Assembly: GCA_964016885.1 (NCBI GenBank)
Contig: OZ024743.1
Span: forward strand, 228,780,001 to 228,844,000
Direction of reading: 5' to 3'
DNA from: Eledone cirrhosa
Taxonomy: Eukaryota
DNA: 64,000 nt
The position numbers and the translations under genes are program-made. Shown here piece after piece: positions 13,951 to 26,716 of the stretch. The notes below the pieces were generated by a model that saw only the letters and a list, made by a program, of their open reading frames with translations, was not told where the DNA came from and did no database searches. The first letter of the stretch is position 1. Each line of letters begins with the position of its first letter.

Positions 13951-14309
13951 AGAGGGAGGGGTGGTGTGAGGGAGAGATCCCTGGAAAGCAGTGTATTCAT
14001 GGATGAACATGCACCAGTGCGCATCACTTGAGGGTTGCTGTCGTCACACACATGTAGACATTGGGTTTCATAGACAGCAAAATGTGAAAAGCAGGATAAA
14101 GAAGAAAGGAAACATACACGGTGGGTAACCATAATATAAATAAATAAATAAATTATAAAGTTTGAGATGGGACACTGAAAAATCATCAAGCAGACATAGA
14201 TAAAAGGCATAACTGAATAAATAATTAAATAAATAATAATTAACAATAAAATAAATACATCAACACTATATATATATGTATGTATGTGTGTGTATATATA
14301 TGTATGTGC

Positions 14310-14343
<34 letters not shown>

Positions 14344-15214
14344 GTATATATATATATATGTATGTATGTGCATATATATATATATATGTATGCATGTGCA
14401 TATATATATATATCATCATCATCATCCTCGTTTAACGTCCACATGGGTTATATATATATGTATGTATGTATGTGCACACACACATATATATATATATATA
14501 TGGTGTGTATATATAAACAATTCTTTGGCTTTCCCACAAGCCTTAATTTTCTTTAATGGCGTGTACAAATGTTTCTCACTTCTTAAGAGTCATATTATCT
14601 ACCCTGCCATAACCATTTATTTTAAAATGCTCATGCCTGGAAAACTTTAGAGGTTAAAGTAATCTAAATGGCAAAAAAATAAAATACAAATACCAAATAT
14701 GTATATATATGTATATATACATATATATAAGCACTATTATTTTCATCATCATAGAATACTTTATATTTTGTTTTCTTTTGTTTTTTATTGTCTTGCTTTG
14801 AACAACACACAACCTTTCATATTTTTGTTAATTCCTTGTGAAATGTTTAATTAAACACAAGTTTACACTTCACTGGTACTAACTCATTTGCTAATTTTCT
14901 CTGACCAACTACCATATCCCTAAATAGCTGAATTGAATCATCAGCAGAAAGCCTTAAATCTGGGTTTAAATTGATACTACCACATCCCTTTTGCATAATA
15001 AAACAATTATTTAAATTTACTGGGAGGTGACATCATTTTTTTTTAGATGACTTAATATGGTATGGCTGGCTTTGTATTTTATGAAGCTGAACATAAATAT
15101 GATACAAGTTAATATAACATAAAGCAATATAGTTTGGTATACAGTACAATAAAGAAATTGTGTTGTCGTATGACAAAATATTATAGAAAAGTGTGATACT
15201 GCTTGTTATTCAAT

Positions 15215-15497
15215 GGAAAGGTATAAGATACGGTTGTGTAGTTAAGGAGCTCACTTCACAACCATTTAGTTTTGGGTTCAACCCTAGTGTGTAGCACATC
15301 AGGTTAAACAATGTTTTGTGAATGAAATTTGATAGATGGAAACAGCAGAAGTCGGGCGTGTGTGTGTTTACATTTGTCTCTGCATCTTTGGTTATGTTCT
15401 GTAAATTATGTACTGGGATTGTTATGATCAACCTTAATATGGTGCCCCAGCATGACCACAGTCTAATGACTGAAACCAGTAAAAGAATAAAAGAATA
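15215..15497 (+). mobile_element. Old SINE-like interspersed repeat remnant(s)
   Basis: GGTTGTGTAGTTAAG...GGGTTCAACCC...GAAATTTGATAGATGGAAAC matches the reverse complement of 2570-2697 and 55390-55550; 3' part GTGCCCCAGCATGACCACAGTCTAATGACTGAAACCAGTAAAAGA recurs near 56590 and 58825. Confidence 0.5.
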
Positions 15498-15999
15498 TAT
15501 ACCAATGAATGGTTTCCACATTATAGCATGCAATGGTACTCATGATGCAGAAAAGTACTAGTATAAAATTATTGTACAGTGTTGCAGCATCAACAGAAAG
15601 TATTAACATTTGTATGAAATTCTTTTTTTTTTAATTGATGACAGTATAGAGCAGTGGTTCCCTACCAATGACTCCATTCATTTAAATGTATTTTCCTATG
15701 GACTTCCAGTACTATATTTATAGACACCCAAGGGTTGTAGCTTACAATTTAGAAACCACTCCTACAAAACTGTCTACTTAATGTAGATATGTTTTTGTTG
15801 TTGTGTTACAACTCTCACTTATGTTGGTTTACATTGTCTCATTGAAATTGCATGTCATAGTAGTTTTCTCAAGTGTTTTAATGAAAGAGACCCCATGCCA
15901 TCATGTGAACATGCTATTGCATTGCCAGAAGTCTATTCAATCACACAGGCTGAAATATTGCAAAATTATTATATATTTTGTTATAAACCCAAGCTTTAG

Positions 16000-16254
16000 C
16001 ACTTTTGACATCAAACCACTTGAAACTAGCCATGACTTTATGATATAAAGCTTTTTATTTTAAAGTGTCTATATTTATCTAAAAACAAAAAAAACTTCCA
16101 TCATAACTTTATGTAAAACCTTTGTTAAGTTATAAACACCAGCTTAATGAGAAAGTTTGTTATATTACTAAATCCTTCCAAATGCTTGATTATTTTCAAA
16201 ATAATCTGAAAGTCAGAGACAGCATCTTTCATCAGAAATATGGAAACAAATGGG
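16000..16254 (-). mobile_element. piggyBac-type MITE copy
   Basis: CACTTTTGACATCAAACCACTTGAAAC start and CAGAAATATGGAAACAAATGGG-TTAA end, the reverse complement of the family ends. Confidence 0.6.
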
Positions 16255-16916
16255 TTAAGTCTATCTATCTGAATCAAGACAAAATATAGCTTGGCATCTG
16301 GAGGAGGGGGTGAAATGCTGGAAATTTTATTTTTACATTTTTAATATTTTTCTTTTAACACATTTTTATGACAAAGTGGAACAAAGTGCAAACACTAATA
16401 AAAATGTGCTTTCACAGGAAAATAAAATTCAGGGTGTTGATATATCTGATATAGCCACAACTACATTTTATTTCACAGACTTATAGATGAAGCAATAAAA
16501 ATAAAAATTGAAACAGAAGAAGACTAAAAACAAAAATGAATACATAAATAAAAAACGACAGATGAGGCAAACATTCTGTCCTCCCTCTTCTCATTATATA
16601 TAAATGTCTATATTATTGATTGACAGAATAAAGTCAGGTGAGAACTACCAGTCCCTAGACTAGATATTTATTATCAGTGCTTATGGAATGTCTTTACAGA
16701 AATTATCTTAGTTGAAAAATCCCCCAAAATTTTTCCCACTCTTACACTCTTCCAACACAGAATATTCTGTAGATATCATATATGCTTTAGACATTCCAGC
16801 CCAGAGAGAGAGCTGTGAACTACTTTTAGATAAACAGAAGACAAATAATTAAACTTCGAATACACTGCCATGTCCCTTTGATAAGGTCAGATGTCCTTTT
16901 CTGATTGAAAATAGCA

Positions 16917-17100
16917 AGAAGAAGAAGAAGAAGAAGAAGAAGAAGAAGAAGAAAAAGAAGAAGAAAAAGAAGAAGAAAAAGAAGAAAAAGAAGAAAAAGA
17001 AGAAAAAAAGAAAAAGAAGAAATAGAAGAAATAAAAAAGAAAAAGAAGAAAAAGAAGAAGAAGAAGAAAAAGAAGGAAAAAAGAAAAAAAAAGATAAAAT
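16917..17100. repeat. (GAA)n / purine-rich tract
   Basis: Directly visible. Confidence 0.95.
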
Positions 17101-20100
17101 GAAGCTAAAATAAATAAATTAATAAATAAGACAAAAATGTGAGAAAATGACAAGGAATTTTCTCTTGTCCTGGTTTTTCCACCTCCATTCCTTTTTATTA
17201 TACTACACATCTCCAGCCAGTGTGGCTTTCTAGTTTCTCAGCTCTCTCGTGTAAAAACACTCTGTTCAACGCCTTTGATCCCCTTGGACTCCATAACACC
17301 TAATCAACAAGGGAGAAGGAAAGAAAAAGCACTGGAAGAAGAAAGAAAGCCTTCAAGAACAGCAATAGCTGCTGCCATCATGAATACAGTGCATTTGGAA
17401 GCCATCAGATTAGACACGAAATAGTCAAGTGACCAGCTACCCTTTACCAGATAAAAGGACACACACACATATGCATACACACACATCATCATTACACACA
17501 AACAAATACCCTCCCTAAAACATCCAAAAATAATCACATGCAATACATATGAGAGAAACACCTTTACACCATACTATCAGATAGAGAAAGAAATTGATGT
17601 TTTACATACCAGCATAGTAGATGCATTACAGGAACACAGATAATCATATTGTAAAGAAACACTTGGTGGCACTCATTTACACACACAGAAACACACATGT
17701 CTACAAACAAGCATATACATACATCCACAAGCAAACATGCTCACATACACACACACATATACATGCTCAGACAGATACATATACACACAAAGGTCAGAAA
17801 GTACACATATACTCTCTCTCTCTCTCACACACACATATATATACTAAGATACACACACAGATACACATGCTGACACACACAAATCTGCAAGCAGACACTT
17901 GCTAAAATATACATAGACATACACACATCTACTGAGATCACATGATCATAGATACACACAGGTTTGCAAGCACACATATGCTGACAGTTACACAGACATA
18001 CACATGCCTTCAAGCACTCAAACACACACACATATTCGCAAGCACACACATACTCACAGTTACACAGGCATACAGATACCATCTAAGACACACATGCTCA
18101 CAGATACACATACATACACATACCATCTAAGACACAGATGCACATACATACACATGTCTTCAAGCACTCAAACACATACACACAGGCATAAACAGTAACA
18201 GATTTTTTAAGGGAATCTTCCATTTCTAAGTAATAATTGATGAGACCCTGTAAATATCTCACTTTTCAATATGGAATATTGTTGAATATTTCCCAGAAAA
18301 AAAGTCTTAAAATATGAAATATAAAATGATGAGTATATCTGTTGTATATTCTATATATTTTCTTCTTATATCCAAAGATATATGAAAGTGTATATGATAT
18401 GTTTACATACCTTATACGTATGTGCATGACACACATATCAACACAGACATGCACTTACACTTACACATATATGCACATAGCCACAAACGCATTTACATTA
18501 AAAAGGTCCTTTAATCATATTTTTAATGATGATATAAAGATGTCTTGAATTTGTTTTTAGACATTCAGAAAAATAAAATACAATAAGTTTCTTCATATCT
18601 CTCTATCTCTCGCCCACTCTCTCTTTCTCCCACTCTTTCTTTCTCCTTCTCTCTTCCACCTAATTTTTTCCTCTGTTTTCTTTCATTTCTCATACACCAA
18701 GTATTGCAGCATTAAAACAACTTCAACAATAATAATAATCACAAATACAATAAGTAAAAGGAAGAGAAAATGAATAAAATTGATTTTAAAAATGTATACA
18801 TGATGTGTTATTATGGTTGACAGCTTGAAAGGAGAAATTCTCAAAGTATGAAAGGGAACTAGTTTATTGCCTTATGTTTTCAGTTTTTAAAAAATGAAAT
18901 TTAATCTAAAAGATTTTATGCCTTCAGTAAGGTTATTTACACAAGATCCATGCCAATACTGTATTACAAATATACAGAGTCAGTGCCTGGGTATTTAGCA
19001 CCCTAGGATAGCCCTACAGGTCTCCCAGTTTTGCACTCCATTTGCCAAAACAAAATTATTTCAACTTACAATTTGGTAAGCTGATGAACCTAAATATGGG
19101 GGCAGGATTGAATAAATATAAGATTGGAGAGAAATAGGACCTGAATCTCAGGGGATCACTACTCTATGATATCTGGAGTTGAATATATTTCAAGATTATA
19201 AAATAATTCATTTTATTGAGGTCAAAGTGAATTTCATTTAATTAAAAATTAAAATTTAATCTAAAAATGTTATGCTTTCAGTTCAAAGTTATTTTACACA
19301 AAATTCAAGCCAATGTTCTATTACAAATATAGCTGCCATTTTACTCAATCAAGGGTACCAGAATCACGGATTTCAAATCTGAAGTCTTTGGGCATGTGTT
19401 GCTAAACATTTACTTGTGATCAGCCAGTTGAACTGTGTAATACTAGAATCCAGTTTAAATTTATAGGTGCATTATATCCCTGCATGTCCTAAGAAGTAAC
19501 TAAAAAGGTTGACAGGAAGAAGAGTCAGCCATAAACCATTGTTTCATAAACATCCCCATGATGAGCATAAAGTCGTTCATAAGGTCAGCAAAGGTAACTC
19601 CTGAATTATCAGGAGAAAATGGCATTAACATGCTTGCTGCTACCACTGTAATGCCTAGCTCATGAATTATCTTATGTCAATTTTTTTTTTCAAAATCATA
19701 AAAAAATAATGCAGATTATTGAGGTCAAACTGAATTTCGCCTAATTAAGGAATATTAAGATGTTATTATTTTTCATAAATCAGAAAATCAACCCATATTT
19801 TAGGAATGTTTCTGTAAAATTTACTACTCAGTAATTATCATTTTCCTGGTACAGGGTGTTTGATTTGCAGAATCCTTACATCAAACGAAATGATTTGTAA
19901 TATTTAGTTAGAGTTCTTTACATTCTGAGTTCAAATCCTGCTATGGTCAACTTTGTCTTTTGTCCTTCCAGGATCAATATAATAAAATACCAGTCAAATA
20001 CTGAAAATTGATTTAATCCTTTAGCACTTACATTACTTTATATATACTATTATATATTCATGGTAAAAGCTTTATCTTACATAATTATCTCACATCAATT

Positions 20101-23100
20101 TTGATGTTATTTATTTTGAGAAAAATAACTTAACGTCAGTATGAGTAACCAGTTAAATCCAGTTTGAACAGAAAGAAGTGAGAAAATTCTGGCTGGATAC
20201 AGCTGGTTTAAATGCTTAGAGAGTTAATCAACTTTTCTCTCTTCTAAAATTGCTCGCTTTGTGCCTAAATTAGAAAATATTATTTCCTTAATATGTTAGA
20301 TCACTTTGGGTTTTCATCCTTCCAGTGTCAATAAAATAATGTACCAGTTGCATACTCGGTTTGATTTAATTGACTTATTCCAGCCCTCAAAATTGCTGGC
20401 CTTAAACTTAAATTAGAAGCCATTATTTTCCTAATATGTAAGGAACCACAGTCCAAAGATAATCAACCCAAACATCTGGCATGTCTAATGTCTTAGAAGT
20501 TAACCAAACAATAAGATACCATTTTGCTTGATTTATGAAGGAATGCCCAATTTGTGAACTACTCCTATGTATATAATTCTGTCCAATCACAGCTGACTGC
20601 ATTCCAAACAATGTTTCTAATTGTAATTGGCTGTCCTTATTTTGTGTTGCCTATTTTTTATAAGGACCATTGACTAAACTAAACATCACCACATACAATA
20701 TTTCTTTAAAACATCTTGTTACTGTTTCTACACACACACACATGCACCTGCTCACACACAGATCCATGCACGTACACACATACACTCACATACACCCATT
20801 TTACACCTACTTAGTAAACCTTCAGGAACAGAAAACTAATAGAAGGACTGTCATTTATTTCTCTGGCATTCTTTCTACTTTTTTTTCTTGTCCACACAAT
20901 GTGGTGGTGAAAAGATTGTTGAGGCTGGTGATATGATCACTTCTTTCTTGATCTCTTCACATACCTGATTCTGAGTAAGGTGGGGCAAAAACAACTCCAA
21001 TGTCTGACTGGTACTTCATTTATCGACCCTGAAAGGATGAAAAGCAAAGTTGGCCTTGTCAGGATTTGACTTCACTGTTCAAGGATCCAGAATGAATACC
21101 ACACCTCATTCTATCTGATCCTCTAATGACTCTGCCAATTTGTTGCTCACTTTCTAGCATTGAATAAAGAGAATACCAGTAATATACTGTCGTCAATTCA
21201 ACCAGCTATATGCTCCTCCAACAAATTTGCAGCCTTGTACTAATATAAGAACCTAATATCCTCATAGCTTTTTGCAGTCAAGTACTGAAATTGACATAAT
21301 TACCTTCACCCTCCAAAACTATCATAAACATAATCATCAATATTGCCCATTTTCCACGCTGGTATATGTACAAGTCATCATAATTCAAGACTAAACATGC
21401 CAGATGACAATGTTTTGAACATCAGTCCATATTTTGGCATGATTTCTACGGCTGGATGGCCTTCATAATGCCAACCACTTTAAAGGGAGCTCTGAATGTA
21501 TCTTATCATGACACCAGCACTATCATTTTACAGTGTACTGAGTGCATTTTATCATGGCACTGGCACTATAATTTGAGTGCACTGGGTACATTTATTGTGA
21601 CCCAAGCACTACTACTTTATAATGTGTACTGGGTGTATTTTATTATGCCACCAGCTCTAACACTTTACAGATTTTTTATATGATTATAATTGCTTTTGTA
21701 AAAGCTTTTGTTATTGTTGAAAAAAACATTAAATTTACAGCTCATAACTAGTACAGTTATTTGACCTCCTACAAGGTTTTAACTAATAAGAGGTTTTGGG
21801 GGAGTTTTATTGATGATGTCCCCTGTCCTATCAGTAAAACCTATGTGAAACTGAAGTGTCTTGTTCAAGAATCCAATGCAATATCCTGTCCATCACTCGA
21901 ACCCACATTATTATAATTATAAAAGCAACACCCTAACCACAAGGCCATGAGCCTCCATATCTATAAGTAATTGACTGTTTAGTTTTAATATCTCCAGTGT
22001 GTGGTCTTTATTATATTGTAGTTCTTGACGAACCGAGACACTTTTCTTATTTATTCCAAAGACATTAAAATAAATGTAATTTTGGGGGGATTTGTTATAG
22101 ATCTGTATAACATTAATATTGTTGCTGATTTTAATATTTTTAATATCAATGTAGTTGTTAATTTTGTTGTTATTGCTATTGTTCTCATTATAATTATAGC
22201 TGTTACCATTAATACAGTTGATTCCATTTACATTTCTCATTGTTCTTATTACAATTCATTAACTCAGGCTACACAAGCATCAGTTATAACACTGCAACCA
22301 AGATCTGAAAAGGTGCTGCTTTCACCTGGAGTGGTGTTGCTTTGGTTGTTGTTGTTGGTGGTGGTGGTATGAAGGTTTGTATGTCTGCTTGCAACCTCAC
22401 TATTGCATTTAACCCTTGGTGTGTATGGGAGAGGGTAGAACAGGAAGGAGAGAATGAGGGTGAGAATGATAATGGTTCAGGAGGGGTGTTCAGGCAGTGA
22501 CAGTGATTATTCAAACCAACAGCCAGGAATAAAATAATCATCCATTGGGGTTAAATTGAACAGGGTGGTGGTGGTAGTGACAAAGAAGTTTTTTTGTTGT
22601 AGTAGTAGTAGTAATAATAATCATAATAAAATGTCAGTCTAAATGAATAGAACAGGGATGAAATTGTTTTTCGCAGAGCGACAAATGCCATGATGCCATC
22701 ATCATTTATAGCAGACTTTTATGAGCATGAAACAATCACAGCTATCTAACGACTGTAGTGGAGAGACACACTCGGAACGGAAACAACCAAGAGCATGACT
22801 GAAGCATGAGTAAACACTGGTCAGCGAGGTGTTGTGTATGTTTACAATTAATGCTGTCCCCCACTCCTTCCACTCCAATGTTCTTAATTGAATACTGAGT
22901 GAGAAAAATAAATGAAACCAGATAACAACTGTAATAGATGAAGGTTTCTAGAAATACTGCTATATATATATGTATGTGTGTGTGTGTATGTATGTTTGCG
23001 TGTGCCTGTGTGTGTGTGTACCTATCTGTGTGTGTACCTATATGTGTGTGTAGTAAGATATCGGTGGATGTAAAACAAAGGAAAAAGTGCCCAATCTGAT

Positions 23101-23245
23101 GTGAGAGCTGATATATTGTTTATTTATGTTCATACACAGAAGAAAAAGTTTTGAGGTCCAATTATGGCCATCTCGTAGAAGTGCCTGATGACTAGGTTAT
23201 GAATTTGATCCATCCATTCTGCACTAATGTGCACAATCTGGGAAG

Positions 23246-23285
<40 letters not shown>

Positions 23286-23288
<3 letters not shown>

Positions 23289-25475
23289 CAGATAGGGACA
23301 TTCAATGTAGAAGAGCACTGGGAGTTCCTAAAAAATAACTTACTAGAGGCGACAGATGAGGTCTGTGGCTGGAGAAAGACCACAAGCAGGAGGAGAGTGA
23401 CTTGGTGGTGGAACAATAAGGTAGATGAGGCAGTTAAGGCCAAGAGACAGGCATGGAAAGAATGGAAGAACAGGGGGAATAGGGGGAGCAGGGTACATTA
23501 CATAGAGACTAAGAGGGAAACTAGGCGACAAGTATACTTAGCTAGGAGGCAAGCAGAGGATAGAAAATTCAAGCATGTTTTGCAACGTGAGGACCAGAAA
23601 CAGGAGGTGTTCAAGATTGCGAGGCAGTGTGTCAGAGAGAATTGTGATGTCATTGGAGAGAAGTGTATCTGGAATGATAAAGGTGAGCTTGCCCTCACAA
23701 GTGCTGAGAAGAAAGATGCATGGAAGAGTCATTATGATAGATTACTAAATGAGGAGAATGCATGGGAAGAAGAGACCTTACCCAAAGTAGACCCTATAGC
23801 CAGCAGTACAAGTCAGCAGCAGCGTAGTAAGTAATGCAATCAAAGATATGAAGATGGGGAAGGCAACCGGTCCATCGGGTATAGCTGCCGAGTTGCTGAA
23901 GGCACTGGGTCTGTAGGTCACACTATAACCACACGTATTGTTAACCAGGTAATACTAGAAGGTGTCATACCAAAAGATTGGTGCAGTAGCATCATTGTCA
24001 ACAGCTACAAAGGTAAAAGTGATGCACTCGATAGAGGAAACTATAGAGGTATAAAGCTGATGGACCAGGTCATGAAAGTAACAGAAAGAGTTATAGCACA
24101 GTTGATTAGGGACCGGGTGAAACTAGATGAGATGCAATTTGGGTTTGTACCAGGAAGAGGCACCACTGATGCCCTCTTCCTTGTGAGACAGTTACAGGAA
24201 AAGTACCTAGCTAAAAGTAAGCCACTCTACCTGGCATTTGTCGATCTCGAGAAAGCCTTTGACAGAGTTCCACGTGCTGTAATCTGGTGGGCTCTTAGAA
24301 AATTAGGAGTAGATGAATGGCTTGTGAAAGCTGTACAAGCCATGTATAGGGGAGCAGTCAGCAAAGTTAGGATTAGCAATGAGTATAGCGAGGGATTTAG
24401 CGTACAGGTTGGAGCCCACCAGGGCTCTGTTCTTAGCCCTCTCCTGTTCATCATAGTCCTGCAGGCAATAACGGAGGAGTTTAAGACCGGATGCCCATGG
24501 GAACTCCTGTATGCTGATGACCTCGCACTTATAGCTGAATCTATGGTAGAACTAGAGAAGAAATTCCAAACTTGGAAGCAGGGACTAGAAAGAAAGGGTC
24601 TCAAAATCAACATGACAAAGACTAAGATCCTTGTAAGTAGACGAGAAAACAGAACCCAGATCCCCTCAGGGAAATGGCCTTGCTCAGTATGTAGGAAAGG
24701 TGTAGGTAGGAACTCCATTCTCTGCCCCAAATGCAAACAATGGGTACACAAGAGATGTAGCGGGATCTCAGGAAGCTTAATTAAGAATGTAGGCTTCACA
24801 TGCAGCAGCTGTACTAGGAAAGCAAGCAGCAAACAGCCACAGGAAACAAGTACCACCAATCTCTGGGAGGGCTCTGTAGAGACAGTAGACAGCTTCTGCT
24901 ACCTAGGTGACCGAATTAGCAGCGGAGGTGGGTGTTCGGAAAGTACAATAACTCAAGTAAGAACGGGATGGAAGAAGTTCAGGGAGCTACTGCCACTGCT
25001 AGCTGCAAAAGGCTTTTCCCTCAAAATGAAAGGCAGACTGTATGATGCGTGTATCCGAACAGCAATGTTACATGGTAGTGAGACCTGGGCGCTGAAGGTG
25101 GAAGACTTACGTAGATTAGAGAGAAACGAAGCCTGCATGCTCCGATGGATGTGTAATAGTAATATACGTGAACGACAAAGCATAAATGAATTGAGAGAGA
25201 GACTGAGCATAAGAGGAATCAAATGCTGTGTGCAGGAGAGGCGGTTGCGTTGGTATGGACATGTGATGCGTATGAAGGATGACAGCTGCATAAAAAGGTG
25301 CAGAGCACTAGAAGTCGATAGAAACCGCGGAGTGGGGAGACCCAAGATGACCTGGGATGAGGTGATAAAAGCCAACCTTACCCTATTACACCTCTCAAAG
25401 ACAATGACACATGACCGTGACTTCTGGCATCACGCAGTAATACAGAGTACCCGACCTCCCATGGGTACAAGCTGA
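23286..25475 (+). pseudogene. RTE ORF remnant: reverse transcriptase with internal PHD finger; two frameshifts near 23810 and 23905
   Basis: ORFs 23199-23834 and 24060-25475 are in the same frame; comparison with the copy at 41237-43313 indicates ~5-nt and 1-nt deletions between them. Confidence 0.85.
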
Positions 25476-25773
25476 AGCATATAGACAATATGCCCCCACT
25501 GCAAGGTGGTCGTGGAGGAGCCACGGCAAAAAAGCACCCAGCCCACACTGTAAAGTGTATGTGTAGGCGCCACGAAAAAGCACCCAGCACTCACTGTAAA
25601 TGAGGTTGGTGTTAAGAAGGGCACATAGCTGTAGAAATCAAGCCAAATCAGTTCCTGTATGAGCAAGGCATTGTCAGCCGACCAGACACTGCCCACAACA
25701 GGACAACCCGTCTAACCCATGCTAGCGTGGAAGAACGGACGTAAAACGGTGATGATGATGATGATGATGATGA
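23286..25773 (+). mobile_element. RTE-clade LINE, subfamily A, 5'-truncated, with (GAT)n tail, inserted in (TA)n
   Basis: Linker region W..LK...TWWWN..V, RT motifs YRGIKL, QFGFVPGRGTTDA, FVDLEKAFDRV, HQGSVLSPLLF, LLYADD (24510-24521), FCYLG, and RTE-type C-terminus [19 protein letters not shown]. 3' UTR ends CGGACGTAAAACGG(TGA)n. Endonuclease domain absent. Confidence 0.95.
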
Positions 25774-25787
25774 TATGTATGTATATA

Positions 25788-26062
25788 TCATTATTGTCAT
25801 CATCCTTTTATCCGCTTTCCCTAATGGCATGGGTTGAAGAGGTTGTCATAATCGAAGACCGGATGGACAAACAGTCCACCATCTGGTGGACTGTTTTTCT
25901 GAACACTTAAGGACTGTCCCTTTGTAAGGGATCAGGTTGGGGGACCATGATTCACAGAACTGATTTTGGCTTGGTTTCTACAGCTGGATGCCCTTCCTAA
26001 TGCCAACAACATTTACAGTGTGCGCTGGGTGCTTTTTGCCATGACACCTAGACAACCACTTT

Positions 26063-26065
<3 letters not shown>
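25788..26065 (-). mobile_element. Older RTE-related 3'-end fragment
   Basis: TTTCTACAGCTGGATGCCCTTCCTAATGCCAAC..TTTACAGTGTG..CTGGGTGCTTTTT is the reverse complement of the RTE 3' UTR motif. Similar remnants at 21330-21730, 28240-28600 and 31730-32130. Confidence 0.7.
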
Positions 26066-26132
<67 letters not shown>

Positions 26133-26618
26133 ATATATACATATATATTATATACATAGTTGCATATATATATATATATATATATTCTAGACTAGTGCTG
26201 CATCTATCTTTTAGGAGATGCTTCTTCTCATGTAATTACCATACATATATATATATAGAGAGATGGCTCCATAATTTAGAAAAGAGAAAACCACAGTTGG
26301 TTTGTAAAAGTAAGAAATAAACCTTAAATATCCTCTTTGAAGCTGCATTACAATAGTTAGTTTTTTTATTTTATTTTCTATCCGATATTTTTTTAGGGCG
26401 GGGATGGGCAGGGTTTTTAGAAAGTTGTGGGTTGAGGTCCAATTGAGATTATTAAAGCACTAAGATACTCCCCTCTCCACATATATGGTGGCTTAATATG
26501 TAACAAATTGATAATCATTGATTTTCATTTACTTATCATACATCGCCATCATGCAAAATCTACATATCCACAGATATCATCATTATTTTATGTTTGTTGT
26601 ATTATACACACAAACATG

Positions 26619-26716
<98 letters not shown>

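Noticed and set aside
15652-15760. hAT/Charlie-like MITE (CAGTGGTTC...GAAACCACT)
   Set aside because: Only short TIR similarity and no matching TSD; too weak to list.
16887-17210. Lys/Arg-rich and Phe/Ser-rich ORFs
   Set aside because: Translations of the GAA/purine tract.
22677-22830. Exon after TTTTTCGCAG
   Set aside because: Early stops in all three frames and no clear donor site.
23184-23215. CTGATGA as a hammerhead core (also 19081 and minus-strand hits near 14939 and 63104)
   Set aside because: No stem II/GAAA/stem I arrangement.
24227-25375. Minus-strand ORFs of 210 and 140 aa (likewise 41685-43314 on the + strand)
   Set aside because: Antisense shadows of the RTE coding region.
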